Of a stretch of DNA of 64,000 bases, positions 45,201 through 54,975 are shown one piece after another (the stretch's first letter is position 1; each line of letters begins with the position of its first letter). Source of the DNA: Trichomonas gallinae (taxonomy: Eukaryota); contig MRSU01007186.1 of the NCBI GenBank assembly GCA_008369845.1, forward strand, positions 1-64,000, given 5' to 3'. A program made the position numbers and the translations under genes. A model generated the notes under the pieces. It saw only the letters and a list, made by a program, of their open reading frames with translations. It did not search any database and was not told where the DNA came from.

Positions 45201-48200
45201 CTTCAAATTCAGGAAGGATATACTCGAAAGACGAAAAAGGCTGCTCCGGGAAATCTTGGAACATTCTGTTAATGTTTGGATGAATGAATTGGTCAGCCCA
45301 TTTTGGAGGAATGTCTCTGTGAGTGGAAATGCATTCAATGATCTTCCAAAATGTGTCGAAATTCCTCAAATCGTAAAACTGCAAAATTTCTGGAATGAAA
45401 ATTTCAAATTCGTTCTTCATTCTTACAATTATGACACTTAGTATTTCGATAACTTGTGGAATAAGTTCGCTGTTCTCTTTTGTTATCATTGTAAGCATTT
45501 GGTAGATTCTGACATAAAACTTTTCTATTGGCATTCCTTTCAAAATGTCAGCGAATTTTTCGAGAATGTAAGCCTCCACTTCTGTTTCGTGAATGTGGCC
45601 TTCTATCCATGGAATAACGTTCTGCATGATTAATGTGTCAACTAAACTAGAGAGCTTTCCAAAGCAGGCAATTGCAACGAAAATGTTTTCCGCTTCTTTC
45701 GGTTTTGCTGTTGATAATTCTGGCACAATCATCGATAAAATCTTAGAAGCGAAAGGTGCAACAGCATCAGGAAGCCTATATGCCATCCACTCGATGCCTG
45801 TTAACAAAATAGCCAAATCAATTTTGCCCCAGTTTTCGAAAATTATGCTGATGATGTCTGGAATGAAAATTTCTGCTTTTTTGTCGAAAATTCTTATCAA
45901 CGTTGGAACATTATTTAATATGATTGTTGTAGTTGACATCGACTTGCCTCTTATAGTTTTGCAGATTGTCTCCAATATTTCATCGTGAATCACCATTGGA
46001 ATTGTCCTAAATTTTTTGAGAATGATCAGCAATGTTTCTAATGCTAAACCTTGCAAGCAGCTGAAATCTTCACTCGCCAAAATTTCGGTGATGCTTGAAA
46101 CAGCGAAACTCGCAGCATAGACTGGTAGATTGGAAAGTCCGTCAAGAGGTGCAATCGTGTTGTTATTGAATCTCTTCACTGGTCTCGTGAAAAGTGATCT
46201 AACAGCCAATGGAGTAATTACACCAATTCTCGTGACAACTTCTAAAATTTGCGTGCGAATTTTTTCACTATCAGTTGATGAAAACAAGTCTATTAAGTTG
46301 TTGATGAGTATTTCGCGAGTGCTGCGTAATTGGATCCTGAAACTTTGCGACGATAGCAAAACAGTGAATAACTTTAAAGCTGCTGATACTTTTCTGTTCG
46401 AAGAATTTCTGTTCAATGATTTTATAAGAATTGGTTCGAGTTTAGGTATAATTATTTCGAAATCAATATCATTGACGAGAATACTTATCAATTCAAGTGA
46501 TGATGCTGTCTGTCTTTCGCACTTCAAAAGATAGTCGATGATAATGTTAACGAAAGGTCTGATATATATAAAATGATTTCTCGCTAATATCAGAAGGCAA
46601 GTAACATAGTGTCCTTCCAGTGTCGTTGATCTGTTGAGCCTGTTTATTATATCGCACGTGAATTCCATGATGAAGTGCGATGCTTCCCTTATTTCGCATA
46701 ATAATGTCAAAGCTTTGTAAACAATTTCAGTTTGTCTGTCAGTGAGTAAAGAATGAAGCGGAGTGATCATGTCTGACTGTGTCGGCTGCACAATGATCTT
46801 CGAGATTGTCTCCGCGCGCAATTCAGGTACAGTTTCTATGGAAACAAAGGCAACTAATCGATAAACAGCGGACGGAAAAACTCTTTGCTGTTCCACTAAA
46901 AATGAAGCACACTTTTCTCTGACTTGTGAACTCGGGTGGCGCAGCATAAGCGAATATTGGTCAATCATCTGGTTGCTCATCTCGTCGTCTCTAAATTGGA
47001 ACATTGCTAAGATATTGAACGCGTGCGTGAGCTTTTCTGCTTCTGTAGATATCAAAACTACTTTGTTTAACTGAGACATCACGTAAGATCTGAACTGATG
47101 GGCTGAATCAGGCCACCTGCGAATGAACATCCTCATTCCACGCGCTAGGAATGTACTAATAGTCAATTCAAACAAATCAGACATCTTGTCGTAGAAATAA
47201 TCTGATTGAGGATCAACTAATGAGAGAAATGCATATGCTGACATTCTACTATCTATTGTTATAGCCTCAACTATACTATTCACTTGGATTTGGTGGCTTT
47301 CAATGATGAATTTCGATAAATTAAATCCAAAATTTCCTAAAGCTTTGTAAATCATCTTTTTCTTGGCATTGTTTGCAGCGAGGAAGTCTTTAAACATCTC
47401 TAATATGTGTTTAATATCACCTGAAGTGAAAACTGATGGTTTGCATTTATAAATAAATGGAATTAATAATAAGCTTGCTTGATCATTCGGATTTAGCTTC
47501 TCTATCATTGTTTTTGAGAATTGCATGATGTAGCAGTAATCAGCAGAGTGTTCAAAAACAGAAATAATTGATTCTACTAAAATCGGATTATAATCATTTT
47601 CAATTAAATCGCGAAATCCATCAAATAGTCTACGTATTGGTCCATCAGATGATGATCCTATTATTTGTAAAGATGATTCGAGAACTTCTATTGTTTTATT
47701 TCGGATTTTTATATCTGAATCTTGAATTGTACGGGTTAATAAGTTTTGAAAGCTATTAAAAGCTGGTATTAAGAGTATGTAAAATCGTTTGATGAATATA
47801 TTTAAAAGTGAAAGCGATGAAATTATTGCAGTTGAATCTCCAGAAAAGTACCACTTCCAAATTGTATCTCGTAAAGGGTGTAGTGTTAAATGCATTGATG
47901 TTCCCAATGGATTTGTTAACCAAACAAGGATTTTTTCTAATAAAGTCCAAACTTCGGGATTCAAATCTGGTTGAATGGATATGATATCTTTCGAAATATT
48001 CATTGCTTTATTCTTCTTTTCGCCTAATTCAGTAGAAATTAGGGCGTTCATTATCAGTAAGTAGTGCATATTGTTTTTCTGCAAACTATTATATGATAAG
48101 AGTGAAAACAACGAGTTTAAATAGTATCCTTCTGACTTAGTGTTTTGAGCAGCTTTAAACTGTGCCGAAATACAGTTCTTAAACGCCGAAATTGTCGAAA

Positions 48201-48333
48201 TCGATTGCAAACTTTGAAGATCTTCGGAATTTTCGATTACATCTTTAATACATTGCTGTAATTGTGCAAGGCTTGAAGACCTGATCGATGTTTTGTTAAC
48301 AATCTGATACGAAAAAGTCTCATTCGCCTGCAT
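42247..48333 (-). CDS. TOR-like PIKK protein with degenerate kinase motifs (probable pseudokinase)
   Basis: HEAT region. TOR-type WNKWINSFMNLIILKSPSKAISAC..LFSVSF. FRB-like EMVNISITYHE..DLHQCYD. Kinase-like GYIFGIGDRKLSNIM..VPFRLSR. FATC SSDENLSMMPAEWNPWW at the C-terminus. Confidence 0.88.
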   Translation of the reverse strand: MQANETFSYQIVNKTSIRSSSLAQLQQCIKDVIENSEDLQSLQSISTISAFKNCISAQFKAAQNTKSEGYYLNSLFSLLSYNSLQKNNMHYLLIMNALISTELGEKKNKAMNISKDIISIQPDLNPEVWTLLEKILVWLTNPLGTSMHLTLHPLRDTIWKWYFSGDSTAIISSLSLLNIFIKRFYILLIPAFNSFQNLLTRTIQDSDIKIRNKTIEVLESSLQIIGSSSDGPIRRLFDGFRDLIENDYNPILVESIISVFEHSADYCYIMQFSKTMIEKLNPNDQASLLLIPFIYKCKPSVFTSGDIKHILEMFKDFLAANNAKKKMIYKALGNFGFNLSKFIIESHQIQVNSIVEAITIDSRMSAYAFLSLVDPQSDYFYDKMSDLFELTISTFLARGMRMFIRRWPDSAHQFRSYVMSQLNKVVLISTEAEKLTHAFNILAMFQFRDDEMSNQMIDQYSLMLRHPSSQVREKCASFLVEQQRVFPSAVYRLVAFVSIETVPELRAETISKIIVQPTQSDMITPLHSLLTDRQTEIVYKALTLLCEIREASHFIMEFTCDIINRLNRSTTLEGHYVTCLLILARNHFIYIRPFVNIIIDYLLKCERQTASSLELISILVNDIDFEIIIPKLEPILIKSLNRNSSNRKVSAALKLFTVLLSSQSFRIQLRSTREILINNLIDLFSSTDSEKIRTQILEVVTRIGVITPLAVRSLFTRPVKRFNNNTIAPLDGLSNLPVYAASFAVSSITEILASEDFSCLQGLALETLLIILKKFRTIPMVIHDEILETICKTIRGKSMSTTTIILNNVPTLIRIFDKKAEIFIPDIISIIFENWGKIDLAILLTGIEWMAYRLPDAVAPFASKILSMIVPELSTAKPKEAENIFVAIACFGKLSSLVDTLIMQNVIPWIEGHIHETEVEAYILEKFADILKGMPIEKFYVRIYQMLTMITKENSELIPQVIEILSVIIVRMKNEFEIFIPEILQFYDLRNFDTFWKIIECISTHRDIPPKWADQFIHPNINRMFQDFPEQPFSSFEYILPEFEAPHPSWDALQWNKWINSFMNLIILKSPSKAISACMTICERDHKVRSALFSVSFALCVSECSDPQPLHNILKIALTSDGIPLYARGLFLSAVEILMLHNIDVRVPEAIIGEKAMQAGNLSLALRCFENIFKQTGDSSKLVKVNLMLGQRYLARKLAKCDTAEEAELVGNWEKAYELYMNENNKEKINICLEKMNKFETLSKLQLKGEKAADVALFNCSNEFRDLAETDFHKAVIAILDGKAQEASDIIKKIRDAVFPHILSNTDFDYGSITNEMSSASRLVDLEDAARILELRLAMVNSTPHEKTRIEDKINRLFEMWDEKFDSLDPSSLFLTIIIRRSVSPPEKTADGFLKFLRKYHNDATAGELVDIAFKRLSILDPKRYLMIDNLLNKSVDKFEEAVKNSDISDDNWRHELGRAFLAAGDHGKAVKYLPRHSLDWAKAALNLFERNNDFSLIEDIFSTFIKFDGIHFLMAILSRKVPEIESIINARVDLIPPVQLTDFLPQIVAFAERPVYMNLLSKYFKAAPNKAVFAMVHKVINNQSDLFNKFISDDQSIKNIVQFAREMVNISITYHERIAISAQKFVDTQDLGDLISLYSEEDNSGVVNQFFQLNPDLKECKRLALLYNESLQESDLHQCYDAHKAFISKIVMPKEYSLSDISHIEEKGFFTKITLPFADSQIGRFGSIIAQENYSKTIKTILDSGITSSFTIRNRSHSFIDERAFILLRLISRILKSQKTSFAPPVIFTVPLTSSISLEKSSPCFSLEEAIKQSRRRQSGMADERDWIIDEFDSLSPEEKLSSFRQSLASTRGDDLENVIIRGSVSIQGWMERRTMYISSLAIKCITGYIFGIGDRKLSNIMMELATSKVYNAIYYPCFVPSKVPFRLSRVMANALDTAGVSGALEREMKDCLDAIYREKERLLRAIEPSVRDENLRWASKCEQALEFVSKRLEINPSSLEVVKDLISVASSDENLSMMPAEWNPWW

Positions 48334-48999
48334 TTTTCCTACTAATGAAAATTTTGTTTTCTTTTTTTACAAAAAAATATTATTCAAAAATAACTATAAT
48401 TTCTAGATTTCTCAATAAAAAAGATTATTTAATAAATCAAAATAAATATTTGGAATATATTATAGATAACAAATCTATATGTACCAAATGCTTACCTGAT
48501 TACAGTAGTATCAGATATCATGTATTTTCATTTTAACAGTAGTTTCTATATTTCTTGATTTTAAACCTCATATTTCATGGAATTCTTTATAAGGATTACA
48601 TGTTTAGCTTTGTTTGTAAGATTTAAGAAATTTAATAATCAAATCCAAAACGCACTTATGGACTTTTTAGAGATCTTAAGGATAAGATCTATACTTTGGG
48701 TAAATACTATGGACAAAATACTATAGCCTGATTTCAGCGCTACATTTTTGGCGAATAGGTTTTCGACATTTGTCATTTTGACACTTTACAAATTCAGGTT
48801 ATGCGATTTGTCAATTAATAAAAATGCGTTTACACGTCAAACGTTTTTTTTTTTCAAAATTTTCTATGTAAAGTGTCAAAATGACAAATGTCGGATGCAG
48901 GTTCAAAACAAAAGTCGATAAAAATTATGTCAAAATTTTCGACGATAAATCTACAAAACCGTAAAATTTTAAAATTTGTTGAGTCAAAATATTTTTTAA

Positions 49000-49739
49000 A
49001 TGGCAGATCCTCCTCCTTTGTTCGCAAATGGCTCTCCAAGTTCGAAAGTTGATAGCGCCCCAATTGAAATATTAGACTTTATCAGAGATTACGTGAAAAC
49101 TACAGGATATTCTATATATTTTACCTTTACTTGCGCTAATGGAGATATTTTTCAAGCTCGTATAATATTTTACGTTCTCTGGCAATTAGAACGTTTAGTT
49201 AAGAAATATTACCGTGTCTGTCCTACTGTTGAATATACGTACAAAGAATATTATAGCAACCCCTCGGTTTTGTCTTACTGTAAACAATTGGCTGCAAAAC
49301 TCAATCTATATTCCTCAAATATAATTCAAACATGAGAAATGCTGTTCACTATATTTCCAGAATTTTTCGAGTGAAAATACGAATTTTATTCTATATTTGT
49401 CAAAAAGCAGGTTTTTGGAGTCATTTTTTTGGTTCTCCAATTGAAGAAATGCTTCACCAGATCGATAAAGCATCAAAAGTTTACAATAATGATGATATAT
49501 TCCATGAAGGTTATTGTTTTCGCAATCTTGTTAATTTAAGGCTTCGTATCCAACTTTTCATTTCAGAAAATAAATTGAAAATTCCACAAATGTTCAAGCT
49601 ATGTTATCCAAAGAAACCATCATGTGAAATCAATAATTACTCCGATGTCAAATGCTTGGAATTCGAAAGAACAGAGTTTCACAATAAGCTCGAGTCTCGC
49701 AATAGAGGCGCATATAAACAACTTGTGTTATATAATTAA
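49000..49739 (+). pseudogene. Hypothetical gene split by a 1-nt frameshift (ORFs 49000-49335 and 49332-49739)
   Basis: The ORFs overlap at ATGA. Adding one A to the aaa run at 49317-49319 fuses them into one 246-aa ORF. Confidence 0.55.
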
Positions 49740-49866
49740 ATGTTTATCCAAAAATTAACATTTTTAAAAACTTGCTTACAAACTCAATTGTCATGTGCGA
49801 TATGTGTCAATGTGGTCTTCCCGTTTATCTATGAATCATTAGTGCTTCATTTTCTTCAATATCTGC

Positions 49867-49956
49867 CAAGAAGACTAACAGTAGCAAGATAATTTACAGC
49901 AGCAAGAATACTTACAGCAGCACGAAGACTGCAAGCACCAAGAAGACTTATCGCAT
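49867..49956 (+). repeat. Degenerate 18-bp minisatellite, 5 copies
   Basis: Units start at 49867, 49885, 49903, 49921 and 49939, with consensus caagaagacttacagcag. Confidence 0.8.
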
Positions 49957-50445
49957 GGCGAATTTGTTATTTTTATGTAATTACCAATTATTTATTGCTG
50001 TAATATGTATAAACAAGATGGTATTTTGTCTGAACGATACATTTCAAGTCATATAATGCCGTTAAAGCTGTAAATCAATGGCAATACAAGCTGAGTAGTA
50101 TAGTTGCTATTAATAAACGTTCATTTCGACTTATTTGACGCGTAAATATAAGTTTTTGCTTTGTAAATATAAATGATTCTGAAAATAAAATGTTATTGTT
50201 TGTCAAATAAAGATATTTACAGAACAGATATTTGGAAAATTGATGGAAACCAAACGACAATATAAATTTGCAAAGTCAAAATTTTAACATCGCGTCACTT
50301 TTCGCGAGCGAATCCAAAATCAGCGAATCCATCACTAAACGGCCAGTTCGCACATCCGTATATTATTTAATAAAATTGTTTGTAAAGTTCACGATCCTAT
50401 TTTTGTGAGGATTATAATCAAAATATTTGTCATATTTATGATTCG

Positions 50446-51486
50446 ATGCTCCCTGATAGAAAAAAACTCAAAGTAACCGTTTTTGCAATGATTATAGCAT
50501 TCATAGCGCAGTTGTATACAAGTCATGGCATGTCCTTTTATCTGGAATTCGAACAACTGGATTTTATTCAAGACACGAAATATAAAGGAGACGTTCTAAT
50601 AGGAATGCTAACTACCAGCAATGATAGCGGATATAAAAGAAGAAAAGAACTTAATTCTACGTGGCTGTATTTACTAGATAATTATAATTTTGATTATATA
50701 TATACTTCAGAAAAAGAACTGAATGATCGATTTGTATTTACAAACGAATCATATTACGAGAAAAACCACAGTGAAGTTTGGAAATGGGATCAAATGCGTG
50801 CAGCAAAAAGGGTCTCAATTGCAGAATATTTTTATACAAAAACAAAGTTTAAATGGCTTTTTGTTACTTGTGATGACATCACGATCGATATGAAGAGACT
50901 CCAGAAATTCATAAATAACTTAGAGAAAAGATATGATACCTACACAGACACAGTTGTTTTAGGAAACACTATCAGCAACTGCTGGTTTCAAGGTGGTATT
51001 GGCTGTATTATGTCACGCAAAGCAGCGCAAAGATTCGTTGATTACGGCTTGCAGTGGACTCTGAAAGAAATTCACAATTTTGATGACATGGAGTTCAATA
51101 AAGTCTTAAAGCATCTAAATCTTGAATTTTCACGCCTCGACATCGGTGGAATGATTGGTCACACAATTAATTTTGATAATATTTCATCATGCGAAGATGT
51201 TGTAAATTTAATTGACAAGAAATGCGGGAAAACTTTTCTTCCTTTGGATTCGGTTTTTTGCATTCACAATTCTCAATATCCATACGGAAGAGACCAGATG
51301 AAGGCAGCATTGGAATTACAAGGCACAAATGTTTTTTACTATGATTACAAGATTTCAACTCGACTCTGCAGATTCTCTAAACACGAAAACTTGCTGGAGT
51401 TTCTTAAAAAGTCATCTGAAGACAACTTTTGGTGTCAGTTGTTTCCGAAAGAATGCGTATCTTTGAACTATCGTCGTTTGTTATAA
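50446..51486 (+). CDS. Type II membrane glycosyltransferase, GT31/fringe-like
   Basis: N-terminal signal anchor, STW, KWLFVTCDDITID (DxD-like), FQGGIGCIMSRKA and DDMEF. Confidence 0.75.
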   Translation: MLPDRKKLKVTVFAMIIAFIAQLYTSHGMSFYLEFEQLDFIQDTKYKGDVLIGMLTTSNDSGYKRRKELNSTWLYLLDNYNFDYIYTSEKELNDRFVFTNESYYEKNHSEVWKWDQMRAAKRVSIAEYFYTKTKFKWLFVTCDDITIDMKRLQKFINNLEKRYDTYTDTVVLGNTISNCWFQGGIGCIMSRKAAQRFVDYGLQWTLKEIHNFDDMEFNKVLKHLNLEFSRLDIGGMIGHTINFDNISSCEDVVNLIDKKCGKTFLPLDSVFCIHNSQYPYGRDQMKAALELQGTNVFYYDYKISTRLCRFSKHENLLEFLKKSSEDNFWCQLFPKECVSLNYRRLL

Positions 51487-51893
51487 TAGAGTGGCCGGGA
51501 AAACCAGTTTTGATAGGTTTTTTCCCCGATTCTATATTGTTAGTAATTTATGTGTTTATTAAAATTAAGTTAAAATTTATTCTCATCATGTTTCTAAATG
51601 TATCTCAGTATACAAACAGTTTGCAATCATACAACTAGTATAATAATAGATGGTATAATCTCTAGTATATATGGCATAATGTCTGTATTGATTGCTAGAT
51701 ATCTAATAATATTCATTGTCGAATAATGAATACTAGATTTAGTAACTGAAATCAAAACCGCAGAACTGAGCGATTACGAGTTAAAACATCTCACATGCGC
51801 ACCGATTGAAAGAATTATTACACTTATATGAGTTATGTTTTGGGGAAAAATCTGATATTGTAAAGTATCAAATGTCAAACGTCAGATTTTAAA

Positions 51894-51938
51894 AAAGTGA
51901 CGAGAACTATTTAAAAGTGCCAAATATCAAAAAGTGAC
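51894..51938 (+). promoter_or_regulatory. Two AAAGTGAC elements (Trichomonas core-promoter motif M2-like) upstream of PNG1
   Basis: AAAGTGAC at 51894 and 51931. Another copy lies at 34435, upstream of ATG 34476. Confidence 0.55.
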
Positions 51939-51945
51939 ACTTTGT

Positions 51946-53091
51946 ATGATTGTTAAAGTTTTTATAGATAAAGATTGCTTCAATGTCGAATATGACACGA
52001 CATCTATCACGATTTCAAGCATTTTAAACATCCTCAGGCAACAGAATAGACTTAAATACCAAGATGATGAACTTTATGCATTTTACAATCGAGCCGTTCA
52101 TCCAATTACTCCCCAAACTACTCTTGAGGAAACATTCGTGATACAGAGAAGTATTCTGCTATTAATTTCACGAGTTAAATATGAAAAACTCAAAAAGCTT
52201 TCTCCAGCGCTCGAATCTGCAGCCCTTGCAGCTCAAGAACTTTCCCAACAGAATTACGAACTCATTGTTACTATCGGCCATATTAAGAGTTTCGTTGATA
52301 ACTACTACAAAGGAGAAACATTTGATAAATTACTTTCTGCCATGCCGATTGACCAAATGGTCTCAGAGTCCGCCGAAGAGAACCTTAAGGTCCTCACACA
52401 CTGGTTTAAGACCGAATTTTTCACTTTCGTTCACAATGCAAAATGCAAAGTTTGTGGAAACGAAACCCAGGGCGCAGGATCTACTTATCCAACAGAATAT
52501 GAGGCTCAAGGATATGCAAATCGCGTCGAACTCTACAAATGCTCAAAATGCGGAGCAGTTACAAGATTCCCACGCTACGACAACCCAGAACGTCTCCTTG
52601 AAACAAGGAAGGGCAGATGTGCTGAATTCGCTAACGTTTTCACAGGAATGTTGCTCGCTTTTGGCTTCGATGCAAGAATCGTTGTTGATTTGACAGATCA
52701 CGTTTGGAGCGAAGTTTGGCTCGACGATAAGCAAAGATATGTCCACGTTGATCCATGCGAAGACATTGTTGATGCCCCTTATACTTACGAAGTTGGATGG
52801 GGAAAGAAATTAACCTGGATTTTCGCCATTGGACCACATGAAATACGTGATGTTACACGCAAATATACAAAGAACTACAACGCTGTACTCGCACGACGTT
52901 CTCCGCTTGTTTCCGAAGAATGGCTGACCAACTTCCTTAAATTTAGAAACGCCCAATGGAGAGTTGGTGTATCCAAGGAAATTATTGATGAGCTGGATGC
53001 TAAACACGCCAAAGATGAGGCATCAATGTTAATAGATCGTGATAGCGTCAAACCAGAAGAACAGAGAACTAGAATCAGCGGAAACGAATAG
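51946..53091 (+). CDS. PNG1: Cytosolic peptide:N-glycanase (transglutaminase-like)
   Basis: WFKTEFFTFV, the Zn-binding CKVC/CSKC pair, RFPRY..PERLLETRKGRC, DHVWSEV, HVDPCE, YEVGWGKKL and DVTRKY. The Cys-His-Asp triad is intact. ATG at 51946. Confidence 0.95.
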   Translation: MIVKVFIDKDCFNVEYDTTSITISSILNILRQQNRLKYQDDELYAFYNRAVHPITPQTTLEETFVIQRSILLLISRVKYEKLKKLSPALESAALAAQELSQQNYELIVTIGHIKSFVDNYYKGETFDKLLSAMPIDQMVSESAEENLKVLTHWFKTEFFTFVHNAKCKVCGNETQGAGSTYPTEYEAQGYANRVELYKCSKCGAVTRFPRYDNPERLLETRKGRCAEFANVFTGMLLAFGFDARIVVDLTDHVWSEVWLDDKQRYVHVDPCEDIVDAPYTYEVGWGKKLTWIFAIGPHEIRDVTRKYTKNYNAVLARRSPLVSEEWLTNFLKFRNAQWRVGVSKEIIDELDAKHAKDEASMLIDRDSVKPEEQRTRISGNE

Positions 53092-53681
53092 AAATATAAT
53101 ACAGATTTATTGTATCTAAAAATTATTTTTAATTTCAAAAATTTAATTCAACAAACAACCAAAAACTAAGTAAAATGATGTCGATAGCATATCAAGAAAC
53201 AGCAATCTAATAGCAAAAAGATTAAGGAATGGCAAGTTATCCTGTGGTTTTTGGAACTTTATTTTGTAATGTATCTCTATACATAAACTAGTAACAATCA
53301 TATAACCATTATAGATATGTAGGGCATATACTATAGTATATATGCCATAGTATTTTGATTCTGTGTTACATGTTAGTTATCTTAATAAATATCAAATAAT
53401 GAATCCGAGAGTGAAAAATCAATTGAGCTTCCTAATGATTGTAAATCAGTGTGAAATTTATTTTAATGCATTAATATTATCTTGAATTTATACAAATACG
53501 AATTTTTGAAATTGAAAATACAAAATCAAGCTGTAAACACAATAATATTGGAATATTTTGTTATTTTAGACCTTTTAAAGTCCATTTTTAATATTAAATT
53601 AGGAAAATAAACAATTTTGATATGTTTTATAAAATTTCTTACCGATAATCATAGTTTTTTATTAGTTATTTCGGTTCTGTT

Positions 53682-54755
53682 ATGGGAATATATAAGATTA
53701 CTACTATTAGAAATTCGAAATTCAGCATTTTTCATTTCAGATTTTTGATTTCGTATATACCAGCTCGATACTGGGTCTTTTTGCTGTTTTCATGCATCTT
53801 TTCCTCCATGTTCGCAGTCGTTATAATGATACCAAAAGTACCAGAAGAGACTTTTTCCTGTCCAAAATGCAATAAACATCGAATTCTTTTATATAATACG
53901 ACAGATGACATCACATTTATAACAGTTCCTAAGCCAAACCCCGACAGTTATCAAAAACTACGCTATAAACTCGCTATTTCTTCATGGTTGGCAATTTCAC
54001 TGAAAAGTCGCGTGATACTATATATTGATTTCAATGATTTTGACTCTACTGGAGCTTTACAGAAAGAATTTGATGATTTATATGGAAAAGGACGAGTAGA
54101 ATATTTAGGAAAAATAAAATCAAACTTTAAGGACATCCCATATATAGATGATTGGTTTAGACGTGGCGTACAAGACTCAAAAACATTGACTGTTTGCTTT
54201 ATAAATTCAGATATTATTTTATCAAGCAAATGGTTCAAGCGTGTGAACCAAATTTTCGATATCTTAAACAACAAGAAAGTTGTCCTCATTAACCAGAGAA
54301 TCGATTTTGACCTAAATATGCATGATGTTGAAAGATTAAATTTCACATCTCCAAATTTTCTGCAAGACATTGATTCTATTGTCATGAGATCAAGTCATGA
54401 AGCTCACTCTTTGTATGGTGTTGATACATTTACGTTTAGAACTTATCAATTGCCATTTAATCCTAATATTATTCCTCCTTTCATAATTGGTAGATATAAT
54501 TGGGATAATTGGCTCACAGGGTATTTGAATCGTTATTGTAAGACAGTATCCTTCTTGTTGGATCCCCCAATTTATCATATCAATCATCAAAGACATCATT
54601 TCGACCAAAAAGATCCTTTGGTTAAAATTAACTCAAATTTGAGATTCTACAGCTACAATTACTTCGGTGCTAATGATGATACTCACTACTTTATTAAAGA
54701 TGGATATCTTCAAACAAGGATATCAAAAGGAACACCACTGCCACCACTTGACTAA
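53682..54755 (+). CDS. Putative type II membrane GT-A glycosyltransferase
   Basis: N-terminal TM segment, AISSW, CFINSDIIL, RIDFD, GVDTFTF, IPPFIIGRYNWDNW and YHINH. Confidence 0.6.
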   Translation: MGIYKITTIRNSKFSIFHFRFLISYIPARYWVFLLFSCIFSSMFAVVIMIPKVPEETFSCPKCNKHRILLYNTTDDITFITVPKPNPDSYQKLRYKLAISSWLAISLKSRVILYIDFNDFDSTGALQKEFDDLYGKGRVEYLGKIKSNFKDIPYIDDWFRRGVQDSKTLTVCFINSDIILSSKWFKRVNQIFDILNNKKVVLINQRIDFDLNMHDVERLNFTSPNFLQDIDSIVMRSSHEAHSLYGVDTFTFRTYQLPFNPNIIPPFIIGRYNWDNWLTGYLNRYCKTVSFLLDPPIYHINHQRHHFDQKDPLVKINSNLRFYSYNYFGANDDTHYFIKDGYLQTRISKGTPLPPLD

Positions 54756-54975
54756 CAGCCTTGATTTGGGCTTCAAATGCTTTGATCACAAATAAATATC
54801 TTTTCAATACCTGGAAGTGCTATCAGCACACAAAACAAAAAAATAAAACGCTAAAATGTATGATTAATATCGATAAAATAACTTGGTAGTGCATTCGCGT
54901 AAATAAATTACTTGACAAATTAACACAGCGCTAAAAATAATTGCAACGATACAGCTTTGATTATTGTTTCAAGAA
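54755..54975 (+). pseudogene. Ankyrin-repeat remnant
   Basis: TALIWAS directly after the stop codon, SIPG and NDTALII. The 19-mer caacgatacagctttgatt is shared with 18584. Confidence 0.6.
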
